From a virus (lineage: Duplodnaviria; Caudoviricetes), in IMG/VR virus record IMGVR_UViG_3300021399_000002, positions 96,001 through 160,000 of that record: a DNA stretch of 64,000 nt. The stretch is one strand, 5' to 3'. This document shows, piece by piece, positions 8,926 through 20,369 of the stretch. The notes beneath the pieces are model-generated. The model made no database searches, was not told where the DNA came from, and saw only the letters and a program-made list of their open reading frames with translations. Made by a program: the position numbers and the translations under genes. The first letter of the stretch is position 1; the number at the start of each line of letters is the position of its first letter.

Positions 8926-10998
8926 ATGATTAAGAATGTAGACTTTCAAAAGACAACCGAAGAAGCATTTCTAAAATATGCAGCATCAGTAGCTCAAGAG
9001 CGTGCTCTTCCAGATGTACGGGATATGCTGAAAATCGGTTTGCGGCAAGGTCTATATGCTCAATTTACGAATAAGCTCACTCACAAGGATAAATTTCAGA
9101 AGGCACAAAAGAGCGTAGCTTCAGCTATGTCCCAATCATATGTTCATGGCGATGTAGCAATGTATGATGCACTCATTCGTGCAGCAAGGCCATGGTCAAG
9201 TCGTTATCCACTAGAAGATGTACAGGGTAGCTATGGTAATCCTTCATCTCCCGATAGCCATGCGGCTGCCCGTTATGTAGAAATGAAGTCCAGTGAAATT
9301 TCAGACTTCATATTTGATGGCCTAAAGAAAAATGCCATTACAGAATGGTATTGGAATTATGATGATTCAGAACAAATTCCATCTGTATTTCCATCCATTG
9401 GATATTGGAATATTGTAAATGGCTGTCAAGGTATTGCGGTTGCGATGGCAACTTCTGTGCCTCAGTTTAACCTTAAAGAAGTTAATGATGCACTTATTAA
9501 AATCATCAAAGATCCTTCAGTTGATTTTGATCAAATTTATTGTGCTCCTGATTTTGCTACAGGTGGTATTCTTACAAATGCTACTGAAGTAAAAGATAGT
9601 TTGCGAGTTGGACGAGGTAAATCTATACGCCTGCGCGCAAAAATAACTTATCAGCCTAAAGAACATATGCTTCAAGCAACAGAACTTCCATATGGAGTAT
9701 TTACCAATACTGTAATGGATCAGCTTGCATCATTAGTAAATGAAAACCCAGATTATGGTATTGATAAAGTTATTGACCATACAAAGAAAACTGCGGATAT
9801 TCGTATTTATCTTTCTAAAGGACAAAATCCAGATAAAATGATTGCAAAGTTATATCATGATACTTCACTTGAAAATCATTTCTCTGTAAATATGATTCTT
9901 TTGGATAAAGGACGATTCCCAAAAATATTTGGATGGCGTGAAGCATGTGATGCTTATATTGCTCATATTAGAGAATGTAAGCGTAATATAATTGAATTTG
10001 ATTTAAATAAAGCACTTGCGCGTGAAAACATCATTAATGGATTACTGATTGCCTTGGCAAATATTGATGATATTGTTGCTATTATTAAAGGTAGTGATAA
10101 CCCAAAGGATGCCGCAACAGCCTTGATAGCAAAATACAAATTCAATAAAGAGCAGGTTGATGCGATTCTAGCTATGAAGCTATCCTCTTTATGCCGACTT
10201 GACGGTGTAAAATTAAATGATGAGCTAGCAGAACTTACTAGGTTTATTGCGGATTGTCATTACCTATTATCTGAACCTACCGCTTTAGATGAAAAATTAA
10301 TTGAAATACTAAATCTAGTATCTCAAAAATTTGGTGACGCCAGACGCACGCAAATTACTGATACACTTGGTGATGAAGAAGAACCTGAAGAAATTAAAGA
10401 ACAAGATATTGCTGTTATTTATAATGGAAAAACAATTAAACTTGTTGAAAAAGGCAAAGAAGCTAAATTTAAACAGATTATTATATATACAACAAATCTT
10501 GGTTCCCTTACATTGATTACTGATGCAGGAAAAATGTATAATATTTCTCTTAGTAAGTTGAAGCTGGATAAAGAATATAAGATAACTGATATAGCTGATA
10601 TTGGAGGAGAACATCCGCGCCTACTAATTGATACTATGAGTTTTAATGCTTATAAGTCTTTAACTTGTATTACAAAGAAAGGTTTCATTAAAAAGAGTCA
10701 TATTGGTGAATATATTGCTCGCGCGAAAAAAGGTGTAGCAATTAATAAGATGGATGATGATGATAGTATTGTAGAAGTTATTTTAAGTAGTGATGATGAT
10801 GATAAAATTGTTATTATTGGAAATAATGATTATTATAATTGTTATCCATTAAGTGAAATTAGTTATACTGGGCGTATGACAAAAGGCGTTAAAGCAATTA
10901 AACTTGAAGCCGAAGGATTTGTAAAAGAAGCTAAATGGATAGGAGATTCTGAATATAAAATTACCGGTCGAGCGGTAAAAGGAGTAAAGAATGGATAA
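8926..10998 (+). CDS. gyrA: Type II topoisomerase A subunit (GyrA/ParC-like)
   Basis: RALPDVRD, YVHGD, AAARYVE (catalytic Tyr), GIAVAMAT, PDFATGG; reduced beta-pinwheel CTD. Confidence 0.95.
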   Translation: MIKNVDFQKTTEEAFLKYAASVAQERALPDVRDMLKIGLRQGLYAQFTNKLTHKDKFQKAQKSVASAMSQSYVHGDVAMYDALIRAARPWSSRYPLEDVQGSYGNPSSPDSHAAARYVEMKSSEISDFIFDGLKKNAITEWYWNYDDSEQIPSVFPSIGYWNIVNGCQGIAVAMATSVPQFNLKEVNDALIKIIKDPSVDFDQIYCAPDFATGGILTNATEVKDSLRVGRGKSIRLRAKITYQPKEHMLQATELPYGVFTNTVMDQLASLVNENPDYGIDKVIDHTKKTADIRIYLSKGQNPDKMIAKLYHDTSLENHFSVNMILLDKGRFPKIFGWREACDAYIAHIRECKRNIIEFDLNKALARENIINGLLIALANIDDIVAIIKGSDNPKDAATALIAKYKFNKEQVDAILAMKLSSLCRLDGVKLNDELAELTRFIADCHYLLSEPTALDEKLIEILNLVSQKFGDARRTQITDTLGDEEEPEEIKEQDIAVIYNGKTIKLVEKGKEAKFKQIIIYTTNLGSLTLITDAGKMYNISLSKLKLDKEYKITDIADIGGEHPRLLIDTMSFNAYKSLTCITKKGFIKKSHIGEYIARAKKGVAINKMDDDDSIVEVILSSDDDDKIVIIGNNDYYNCYPLSEISYTGRMTKGVKAIKLEAEGFVKEAKWIGDSEYKITGRAVKGVKNG

Positions 10999-11386
10999 GA
11001 AATATGTAACATTATTTAAGGATTTAGCGCAGGCTACTGCAGCTTCCGCCGAATAGGTAATGGATTATAATAGAAATCAGAATGATGAAAAAGGTCTGTC
11101 TACTGCTACTATTATACGTGATGATTTCCAAGCATTAGTAGATGTTATTAATGAAGCAGGAGATGATTATGCTCCTACTCATCCTGAAGCTGCACGATTA
11201 TTGGTGGGTGCAATGGTGATGGTAAATCAGCTACAAGATAAAGTAAATACACTTCGTAAAGCTATTACCGGCTATCAGACAGATGTGATTCCAAAGCTAC
11301 AAGAGATTGTAGACAAAGCAGGTTCAGATGATGAACTCACGCGAAAAATGGCAAACGAAAAATTTATTATTGAAGAAAAAGAATAA
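10991..11386 (+). CDS. Hypothetical helical protein; one TAG at codon 22
   Basis: ATG at 10991 with AAGGAG RBS overlapping the gyrA end, in frame with ORF 11060..11386. Confidence 0.7.
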
Positions 11387-11390
11387 TTGT

Positions 11391-11419
11391 TTGACATTCT
11401 GTAAAATTTAATATATACT
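11391..11419 (+). promoter_or_regulatory. Sigma-A promoter
   Basis: TTGACA-17-TATACT. Confidence 0.7.
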
Positions 11420-11519
11420 ATATATAGAAAAAGAAAGTAGCCCGTGTGCGGGATGAAGTAATTTAAAGTACAATTGAATAAAATAACAAATAAATCTATA
11501 CAAGATATAAAAAGGAGAA

Positions 11520-11894
11520 ATGTATATGACAGTTAATAGTGAGCGTGTGCTAAATTTTTTAAAGGAACATTATGGTAATGAGTATAGCAAGAAGGAAATC
11601 TCTGAAGCACTAGGAATTTCTCTAAGTGCGGTAATCGGTTCTATTAATCCACTAGAAAAGAATGGATATACTCGTATTACTCGTGAAGAAACCGTTGAAC
11701 TAGAACCAGCTACGGAGACTCGTAAGGCTAAGACAAAGGTAGTTAAGTATCATACTCTAACTGAAGCTGGTCTAACTTATGACCCGGTAGCTGAAGAACA
11801 GGCTAAACTCGCCGTGAAGCAGGTAGAAAAGGAACGCAAGGCCGCAGAAAAGGCAGCTGCAAAAGCCGCAAAGGAAGCAGAAACAGAATTTTAA
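11520..11894 (+). CDS. Winged-helix (MarR-like) DNA-binding protein with Ala/Lys-rich tail
   Basis: SKKEISEALGISLSAVIGSINPLEKNGY...YHTLTEAG. Confidence 0.7.
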   Translation: MYMTVNSERVLNFLKEHYGNEYSKKEISEALGISLSAVIGSINPLEKNGYTRITREETVELEPATETRKAKTKVVKYHTLTEAGLTYDPVAEEQAKLAVKQVEKERKAAEKAAAKAAKEAETEF

Positions 11895-11931
11895 TTAAAA
11901 ATAAAATAACGAAGCAAAGGAGAAATGTAAA

Positions 11932-12828
11932 ATGAAAAGTATTAGTATTCAGGCAACAAATAAGTTAAATCTAGCGGGCACTCTAATGGATGTATCTTTT
12001 GGTGATGGGAAACTATCTGATGGGCGTTCATACCAGCGCGCAACAGTAACAGTTCGTGTTACTCAGACTTATGGCGGAAAGGAAGAAACTAGTGATGTAC
12101 AGGTTAGTATGTTTGCGACCGAGCATACATCTACTGGTAAAAATAATCCCGCGTGGAAGAGTCTAAATGATCTAAAGCTAATGAAGACAGCACAGAATGT
12201 GGGTATTGATCATGCATCTCATGTACGTCTGTCTGGTGCTTCTCTGCAGGAAAATAATTTTGTATCTCGTACCGGACAGTTAATTAATGGATGGCAGATT
12301 CGTGGTTCATTTATTAATGAGGCTCGCGTTGCAGATGTAGCATCTTTTGTAACTGATATCTTTATTATGGATATGCATGATGAAGTAGATCGTGAAGGTG
12401 ATACTACTGGTCGTCTAGTGATTAAGGGTGGCATTGTACAGTATGGCGGAAAGCTCGATGTAGTTGAATTTATTGTTGAAGCTCCCGATACTGTTGAATA
12501 TATTTCTCGTAATTGGGAAACTAATGGTACAGTAACTGTTAAGGGCCGTATTCGTGTTCTTTCTCAGGAAGAAGAAGTACAGTCTAGCGGCTGGGGTGAA
12601 GATGTACCAGAAACCACAACTAAGTTTGTGCGTGAACTAATTATTACTACTGGCGATGATGAATGCAAGGAAGAAGATTTTGCATATGACCCAGTAGAAA
12701 TTAAGAAGGCATTTAATGAGCGTAAGGCGGCAATTGAACAAATGCAAATTAATGCACGCAATAGTACGACTGCAAAGTCTAGTGCTAATGCCGCGGAAGC
12801 TTCCTCTAAGAAGTATGATTGGGAGTAA
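11932..12828 (+). CDS. Single-stranded DNA-binding protein-like (tandem OB folds)
   Basis: NKLNLAGTL...VTVKGRI OB-fold pattern twice; acidic/aromatic C-terminus KYDWE; replication context. Confidence 0.65.
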   Translation: MKSISIQATNKLNLAGTLMDVSFGDGKLSDGRSYQRATVTVRVTQTYGGKEETSDVQVSMFATEHTSTGKNNPAWKSLNDLKLMKTAQNVGIDHASHVRLSGASLQENNFVSRTGQLINGWQIRGSFINEARVADVASFVTDIFIMDMHDEVDREGDTTGRLVIKGGIVQYGGKLDVVEFIVEAPDTVEYISRNWETNGTVTVKGRIRVLSQEEEVQSSGWGEDVPETTTKFVRELIITTGDDECKEEDFAYDPVEIKKAFNERKAAIEQMQINARNSTTAKSSANAAEASSKKYDWE

Positions 12829-12960
12829 TTGTAAGTCAAACCAGTGGCAGGAGTGATTAAAAGCATACCTGGCAATTGAATACTTACAATGTGATAGAGT
12901 GTTTGGGCATAGAAATAGGTCTATGCCCTACCTCGGACCATTATATGAAGGAGGATTAAA

Positions 12961-13956
12961 ATGGCAGATATTGATATTTTTTCTCTTGAGCCTTCTAAGA
13001 TTTCAAGAGATTTAAAGGGAAAATTCCTATTAATTTATGGCCAACCGAAAACAGGAAAATCTACATTTGGTAGTCAGCTTCCACGTGCGCTATTTATGAA
13101 TTTTGAGCAGGGCACTAATGCTCTTGCTGGTATCCGTAGTGCTCCTATTCTTCGTTGGACAGATGCAAAGAAAGTTCTAACACAGCTTCGTAAGCCACAG
13201 GCAAAAGAAATGTATGATTCGATTGTCGTAGATACAGCCTCGATTGCTTGGCAGCTATGCGAGAAGTATATTTGTCAGCGTGAAAATGTAGACAGTATTA
13301 GAGATGTGCCTTGGGGTCAAGGTTGGAATATGCTAAAAACTGAGTTTTCTGAATTTTGGCGTGAAATTACACTATTAGGTTTTGGTATCTTATTTATTGC
13401 TCATAGTAAAGATAAGCCAACCGAAATGCGTAATGAAGATGGCGAAGCTATTACTGCAGTTTGCCCCGATCTACCAAATCAGTGTTATACAATTATTAAT
13501 TCTATTGTAGATATTATTGGTTATCTGCAAGTACAGATGAATCCAGATGGGACTTCGGAAAGATATTTATACACACGGTCAACCCCATATATATTTGCCG
13601 GTAGTCGTTATCAATATCTTGCTCCAAAGATTAAATTTGGATATAAAGAATTGGTAGATGCAATTGGCGATGCTATTGATAAAGCAGTAGAACTTGATGG
13701 CGCGCAGGTAACTGACCATACAGAAATTGCACAGGTTAAGGATCGTCCATTTGCTGAGGTCATGGCTGAAGCTAAAGAAATTTGGATTAAGTATCTTGAA
13801 CTTGGCGGTGAAGATAATAAAGATCAGCATTTGATGATTATGAAGGATATTATTAAGAAGGTATTTGGTTCTGAAGACTTTAAACTAAGTCAAGCAGTTC
13901 CTTCGCAGTCTTCATTGGTTGAATACTTTATTGACGAAGTAAAACAGTTGATGTAA
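12961..13956 (+). CDS. AAA_24/Sak4-like ATPase (recombination)
   Basis: LIYGQPKTGKST, IVVDT, LFIAH; adjacent to SSB. Confidence 0.8.
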   Translation: MADIDIFSLEPSKISRDLKGKFLLIYGQPKTGKSTFGSQLPRALFMNFEQGTNALAGIRSAPILRWTDAKKVLTQLRKPQAKEMYDSIVVDTASIAWQLCEKYICQRENVDSIRDVPWGQGWNMLKTEFSEFWREITLLGFGILFIAHSKDKPTEMRNEDGEAITAVCPDLPNQCYTIINSIVDIIGYLQVQMNPDGTSERYLYTRSTPYIFAGSRYQYLAPKIKFGYKELVDAIGDAIDKAVELDGAQVTDHTEIAQVKDRPFAEVMAEAKEIWIKYLELGGEDNKDQHLMIMKDIIKKVFGSEDFKLSQAVPSQSSLVEYFIDEVKQLM

Positions 13957-13962
13957 TATATA

Positions 13963-13990
13963 TAAAAAGAGCCGAAAGGCTCTTTTTTTA
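13963..13990 (+). terminator. Rho-independent terminator
   Basis: AAAAAGAGCC-GAAA-GGCTCTTTTTTT. Confidence 0.85.
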
Positions 13991-13991
13991 T

Positions 13992-14020
13992 TTGACTTTT
14001 TCTGGAAATCATGATATACT
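13992..14020 (+). promoter_or_regulatory. Sigma-A promoter
   Basis: TTGACT-17-TATACT with extended -10 TG. Confidence 0.7.
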
Positions 14021-14051
14021 TTATATAGAATAAAATATAGGAAGTGATGGT

Positions 14052-14537
14052 ATGCAGATAACTAGAAAATGTGCAGGATGTAAAGGTGAATTTTATAAAG
14101 ATGAATTAATTCAATATGCATCTCTTAGCGGAAAAACTACATATTGGTATTGCCCAACTTGTTATGAAGAGAAATTGGCGCGAGAAAGATTTTCAAATAA
14201 AGTTTGTGAAATATTTGGAATTAAGAGTCCTGGACCGCGTATTTGGACAGAGAGAAAGCGCTTGAAAAATGAATACGGATATACTGATGATGCAATTGTA
14301 GATTGTCTTGATTATATTTATAATGTATCAAAGAAAGATAAATTATCTGAATCATTGGCACTAGTTGGTCCGCGTAGTATGGCAAATATGAAAGCTTGGC
14401 GTGCAGATAGACAAGCCAGAGCAGGTAGTATTGCGGCAGCAATTGCAAATACAGAAACACATGAATATGTAGTCCCTATTAAAGAAAACACTTCTAAGAA
14501 AAAAGAAATAAATCTTGATGATGCACTATTAGATTAA
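14052..14537 (+). CDS. Zn-finger protein upstream of the helicase (possible loader)
   Basis: CAGC...YCPTC; position in the helicase-primase operon. Confidence 0.6.
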   Translation: MQITRKCAGCKGEFYKDELIQYASLSGKTTYWYCPTCYEEKLARERFSNKVCEIFGIKSPGPRIWTERKRLKNEYGYTDDAIVDCLDYIYNVSKKDKLSESLALVGPRSMANMKAWRADRQARAGSIAAAIANTETHEYVVPIKENTSKKKEINLDDALLD

Positions 14538-14554
14538 AGTAAAGGAGGAATTAT

Positions 14555-17251
14555 ATGACGCTATCCGACACTCAGGCTTATCGCCAGATTATCGGTTGCT
14601 TAATGTATAAACCTCTATTATTTTTGGAATATCCAGACATACGTCCGCAAGACTTTGATTTTAAGTCAGCAAAAGTATGTCTAATGGCAATTAAAAAATT
14701 ATATGAGGCGGGCGCCACGGCATTGACGCCGATGGAGATAGACCAAGAGATTGAACGAAGCGGTGGTTTGGCCGCATCAACATATAAAAATGAAAACGGT
14801 CTTGACTTTCTTAAAAACGCATATGAGTACGCCCAGTTAGGCAACTTTGAAGTATATTATAAAAGATTAAAAAAGAATTCATTATTAAGAAAGTTACAGC
14901 AAGAACATTATGATATTAGTGAGTATTTTATTGATGATAAAGATGTAAAAGATCCGAAATTAGAAGTATCTTTAATTAATAAGTTAGAAGCAGCAACGCT
15001 AGATGAAATATTAAATAGTGTTGAAAAAAAGTATAATGAAATTCGTAGTGAATTTACGAATGGTAATAGTAGGCAGGGAAATCCCGCAGAAGGGGTTATG
15101 ACATTAATTGAAGAATTAAGAAGTTCTCCAAGTATTGGGCCTTCAATGGAAGGAAAGATTTTTAGTTCAGTGTGCAGAGGCGCGCGAGAAGGGTGTTTTT
15201 TCTTAAAAAGCGCAAGTACAAGCGCGGGTAAATCTCGTACAAGTATATTTGATGCATGTCATTTGGCTTATCCGAAGCGATGGTCGCATAAAAAGAATTC
15301 ATTTATTGAAGAATTGGATTCTGAAGGTAATGTACGAATGCCAAGAAAAGTATTATTCATTGTAACAGAAATGGATAAAGAAGAATTGCAAACAATTATG
15401 TTAGCATATCTTTCCGGAGTAGATGAAGATCATATTTTAACAGGGCATTATGATACTCCGATGGAATTGGCACGAGTTAAAGCCGCGGCGAGAATCATGG
15501 AGGAATATAGTGGATACTTTATTATTGAAGAAATAAGTGATCCAAACTTGCAGAATGTTCAGTCAACGATTCGTAAATATGCGACAGTTGACGAAGTTAA
15601 GTATGTATTCTTTGATTATATTCATTCGACAGCAAGCATGATTGGACAGTTTACAAAAAATAATGTACGCGAGGATGAACAATTAAAGGTTATGTCCTCT
15701 AACACTACTTTTCCGCTAATCAGCGGGGTCATAGAAATATGGCTAACGAGGAACACTGACTGTCAATGATAAATTATTGGCGAATAATTTTGAGAAAAAA
15801 GTGAATCTCGTGGGAAAATTTTACTAAAGTTATTTATCATTAAAATCACATATCCTATGGAGGTGATATCAATGATATTTAATTATTATAAAATCACAAA
15901 TAAAATAAACAATAGAGTTTATATCGGCATTACTGAATTGCCAGTAGAAAAACGATTTATTTAGCATAAAAAGATGTTAAATAATAACACACATCCTAAT
16001 TATCATTTACAACCAGATTGGAATAAATATGGTGAAAGTAATTTCTCATTTGAATTATTAGAAACAAGAGAATATGATAATTTAGAAGATGGTTATTATC
16101 ATGAATATGAATTAATTTCAAATTCAACTCTGGAATTATATAATATATAGCCCGGTGGAATAGTGAATCCAATAAAGAATATAGAATCATATGAAAAAAT
16201 GGTTCAGACTAAGCAAGCGGCAGTTCCAAATGTATATTGCTTAGAAGAAATTTCAGAAAATTGTTTTAAAATTATTGGAATTTATCCTTCACAAAAAGCC
16301 GCGGCAAAAGAAAACTCTAATTGGCATCAAGGTACTATAAATAAAGCTATTAAAGGGCATATAAAAGGGTCAGGTTATTATTGGGTATTAGAATAGGATA
16401 TTCAAGATGGACTAAAAAATTGGCGGCCAATTAGAACAAAAATGCGCCCAACTGCTTTATTAGATGATAAAGGAAATATTATAGAAGTTCATCATAATGC
16501 CAGAGAATTTGAAAAAATAAATGAATACAAGCCAGGAGTTATTTCTGCAAGTATATGTCATGGTAATAAATGTTTTGGAAAACAATACAAATATATTTCA
16601 GAAGAATTATATTATGAATTAATGCCAATAACTTTAGTAAAATAAACCTGTAACGACTATCTCCTTTCAACGGAGAGTACAACTTCTATTGATACGAAGT
16701 TGGAAAGAGTAGTGGCCCTCTTGCAAAGGGTTAAAAAATAGTCTACACCATTAGAAATAATGGATAAAGTGGTAATCTTAATGATGATGGCGAATCAGTT
16801 AAAACAACTTGCAAAAGATTATAATATCTTTATCTCATCAGCAACTCAGGTAAATGCACTTGGAATGGAGAATGATGAGATGGAGTTTAAAGATGAAAAA
16901 AGTATTCGTGGCGCAAAAAGCATAGCTGATAAAGCAGATATGGGATATGTAATGACTCGTATTTCAGAAAAAGGATGGCTATCATTAAAAGCTGGTTTGA
17001 AAGTGGCAGTTCGTGATGGCACAATTAAACCAGAGTGTATTGAAGATTCAACTCGTCCAACTCATGTATTAGATATTTATAAAATGCGGCGTGGCCGCTA
17101 TAAAATGATAAGAATTTGGATAAGATTACATTTAGGTACAGGAGAAAGAGAAGATTTATTTATTACAAATGCTTTGAATCAGCCTATTCCAGAACCGATT
17201 GATTTATTCTCAAGTGCAAGTGAACGAGCAATTAGTATGGAGAAAGGATAA
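14555..17251 (+). CDS. DnaB-like replicative helicase, split by an intron (exon 1 14555-15676, exon 2 16772-17251)
   Basis: SASTSAGKSR Walker A, TEMD, YVFFDYIH; spliced junction NVRED|VILMMMANQLKQLAKDYNIFISSATQVN; RGAKSIADKAD. Confidence 0.9.
15677..16771 (+). mobile_element. Group I intron (IA-like) in the helicase gene
   Basis: P1 GAGGAU/GUCCUC with U.G at the 5' splice site; P10 GGUUAU/GUAAUC; P3 CACUAC/GUAGUG; P7 GACUA(16655)/UAGUC(16739); P7.1/7.2, P8 and P9 hairpins; terminal G at 16771. Confidence 0.9.
15872..16645 (+). CDS. Intron-encoded GIY-YIG homing endonuclease (3 internal TAG)
   Basis: GGAGGTG RBS; YKITNKINNRVYIG...KRFI(TAG)H...WNKYGESNFSFELLE...YN; joins ORF fragments 16163 and 16442. 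Confidence 0.85.
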
Positions 17252-17256
17252 TATAA

Positions 17257-18378
17257 ATGACAGCATCATTACAAGGACTTGATCCAGAACTAGATTTGTT
17301 GGATGTAAGTATTCAAGATATAATAGATTCTATTACTCTAGATGATGTAAAAACATTTTTGGAAAGTTTAGGCGTAGATCAAATTGCGGTATATGAAGAT
17401 AAAGGATATTTAGTTTGTCCAACAATTTGTCATAATCCACTGGATGAAGCCGAATCAATGAAGTTATATTGGTATCAGAATAATAAAATATTTAGATGTT
17501 ATACAGAATGTAATGAAGCGATGTCAATCTTTACTTTATATCAAAAGTTTATGAGAATAAATTATCATAGAGTAGAGTTTGAAGAAGCAGTAGATTATGT
17601 AAAGAAATGTATTAAGCATATTACAATTTCTAACCATAAGAAATATAAATCCGATATTAACTTTGAACAATATAAGTTTGATTCTTCTATTCCTCAATTA
17701 ACTGAATATCCAAAGGAAATGTTAAGTTATTTTCTTCCTTATCATCATCCTTTGTGGCTTAAAGATGGAATCAAACCTGAAGTCATGGATAAATTCCATA
17801 TTGGATTTTTGAATGCTCAAAATAAGATAACGATTCCACATTTTGATATTAATGGCCGATTGGTAGGTATTCGCGCGCGAACACTTAATCCCGAAGAAGC
17901 GGAAGAATATGGAAAATATCGGCCAGTACAAATTGGTCAAACATTATATGCACATCCATTACATTTTAACTTATATGGTATATATGAACATCAAGATGCA
18001 ATTAGAAAGCGCAGAAGTGCAATAATTGCAGAAGGTGAAAAATCAGTATTATTGGATGAAGGATATTATGGTGAATACGCAAATGCAGTGGCATGTTGCG
18101 GATCAATGATAAATAAATTTCATGTGAGCTTGTTAACTAATATTCTCGGCGCAAATGAAATTACAATTGCTTTTGATAAAGAATATGAAGATTGGCGCTC
18201 AAATGAGGCACGAGAATATCGTACAAAAATAGAGAATATGTGTAGAAAATTTCAAGGGCAAGCAACATTTTATTATATATGGGATATGGATAATCTTTTA
18301 GGATATAAGGATTCTCCATTTGATAGAGGTAAAGAAGTTTTTGAAGAACTTTATAAACATAGAATAAAAGTAAGATAA
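17257..18378 (+). CDS. DNA primase (Zn-finger + TOPRIM)
   Basis: CPTICH...FRCYTEC; IPHFD...GIRAR; IAEGEKS; IAFDKE. Confidence 0.85.
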   Translation: MTASLQGLDPELDLLDVSIQDIIDSITLDDVKTFLESLGVDQIAVYEDKGYLVCPTICHNPLDEAESMKLYWYQNNKIFRCYTECNEAMSIFTLYQKFMRINYHRVEFEEAVDYVKKCIKHITISNHKKYKSDINFEQYKFDSSIPQLTEYPKEMLSYFLPYHHPLWLKDGIKPEVMDKFHIGFLNAQNKITIPHFDINGRLVGIRARTLNPEEAEEYGKYRPVQIGQTLYAHPLHFNLYGIYEHQDAIRKRRSAIIAEGEKSVLLDEGYYGEYANAVACCGSMINKFHVSLLTNILGANEITIAFDKEYEDWRSNEAREYRTKIENMCRKFQGQATFYYIWDMDNLLGYKDSPFDRGKEVFEELYKHRIKVR

Positions 18379-18390
18379 GGAGAACAGAAA

Positions 18391-18600
18391 ATGAAATGGG
18401 ATGAATTTAATAAAATGATATCTATTGATGCATAGGAAATGAAACCACGCTCACAAGTAAACATTGAATGTCCGAGATGCGGGGCAAAACTATTTCGTAG
18501 AAATGATATAATTTTAACTTCGAACCCTCCACAATATCAATATGAATGTGATAAGTGTAATTGGGTAGGATATTCTCATAACGCGGGTGATATGCTATGA
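18391..18600 (+). CDS. Zinc-ribbon protein; one TAG
   Basis: AAGGAG RBS; ECPRCG...YECDKC; ATGA overlap with recJ. Confidence 0.65.
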
Positions 18601-20369
18601 GATATAGATTAAGAAAAGAATATAGTACAAATCCAGATAAAGCACTAAAAGAACTCCTACAAGATAGAGGAGTTCAAGATATAGAACAATTTATGAATCC
18701 TAGTATATTATGTGAAAACGATCCATATCAATTAAAGAATATTGATACCGCCGCGGAGATGCTACTTCATCATTTGCGCGAAAAGCATAAAATTCTCTTT
18801 ATTGTAGACGCTGATACAGATGGATTTACATCAAGTGCAATTCTCTGGCTATATATTAAACATATTTTTCCAGAAATAGAATTAGAGTTTACTGTACATG
18901 ATCATAAGCAACATGGACTTAATGATAAAGTAGATTGGATTACAGATGAAGCACGTTGGGATTTAGTAATTTTACCAGATGCGGGTTCATATGATGTGAA
19001 AGAGCATCGTTTACTTGGCGAAATGGGTATGGATGTTATTTGTTTAGACCATCATGAACAGTTATATGATGACAAAGGTAATCCAGTTACTTCTAATCTT
19101 CCAACGACTATTGTAGTAAATAATCAGTTATCACCAGACTATCCAAATAAGTCATTATGTGGTGCAGGTGTTGTCTATAAGTTCTGTGAAGTTCTAGATG
19201 CAAAATTAGGAATAGATCAAGCACATAATTATATAGATTTAGCTGCACTTGGGGAAATTGCGGATGTAATGGATAGAACGAATATAGAGACTAACTATAT
19301 TATGATGGAAGGATTAAAGAACATCCATAATGAGGGCTTTAAAACACTTATCGAATCTCAAGCATATTCATTAAAAGATAAAGCCGTCTCGCCTTATAAT
19401 GGCTTAACTCCTATTGATATTGCCTTCTATATTGCTCCACTTATTAATGCTATTACACGTGTAGGAACACTTGCAGAAAAAGAAGCAATGTTTTATTGTT
19501 TTATTGAGCCGAATAGAGCAATGCAGAGTACTAAACGTGGTGCGCGTCCAGGAGATATTGAATATGCAGCTGAGCAGACCGCACGAGTAGGTAAGAATGC
19601 TAAAGCACGGCAAGATAGATTAAAAGAGCAGGCTATGGGTATTGTAGATTTTAAGATTCAGAAAGATGGCTTAGATGATAATAATATTATTCTTGTAGAA
19701 TTAGACGCTATGGATAATATTCCACAAGAGCTTACTGGCTTAATTGCAATGAATGTAGTAAGTAAATATCATAAACCTGTTATGATTGGTCGCCGCAATA
19801 ATGATAATGAAATTCAAGGTAGTATTCGTTCTGATGGGAATTTTGCTGGACTACCCAGCTTTAAGAAGTTCTTGGAAGATAGTGGATTAGTGACATATAC
19901 CGCTGGACATGATAATGCCGCAGGCTGGGGATTAAATGGCGATAAATTAGATTCTCTATTAAATTATGCTAATACGCATCTAAGCGCAAAAGACTTTGAA
20001 AATTGTTATATTGTAGATTATGTTCTAGATGGTAATGATTATAATGATGAATTACTTAGTTGTCTTGCTTCACATCCAGAATATTTTGGTAATCATATTG
20101 AAGAGCCAATGATTGTTATTAAGGATATCCCATTAATGAATGTTATGGTTATGGGAGCAAGTAAAGATAGTATTAAGATTTCATATAATGGTATTGACTA
20201 TGTGAAGTTTAAAGATACAGATTTCATTGAAGAGGTTATGAATAATAGAACTAAGAAATTAACTGTATATGGACGCGCGAACCTTAATGAATGGATGGGC
20301 AAACAATCAGTCTAGATTTTCATTAGTGATTATGAGCTAACGGAAGACAGCAGTAAATATGACTTTTGA
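18597..20369 (+). CDS. recJ: RecJ-like ssDNA exonuclease (DHH); TAG read as Gln near the C-terminus
   Basis: DADTDG, DHH, LCGAGV, INAITR, GHDNAAG; C-terminus NEWMGKQSV(TAG)IFISDYE matches the RecJ N-x-W-x-G...Q-hydrophobic...D ending. Confidence 0.9.

Noticed and set aside
15677-16771. Intein or simple endonuclease insertion splitting the helicase
   Set aside because: The helicase frame closes at TGA 15769 and there are no intein motifs. Group I RNA pairings define an in-frame splice.
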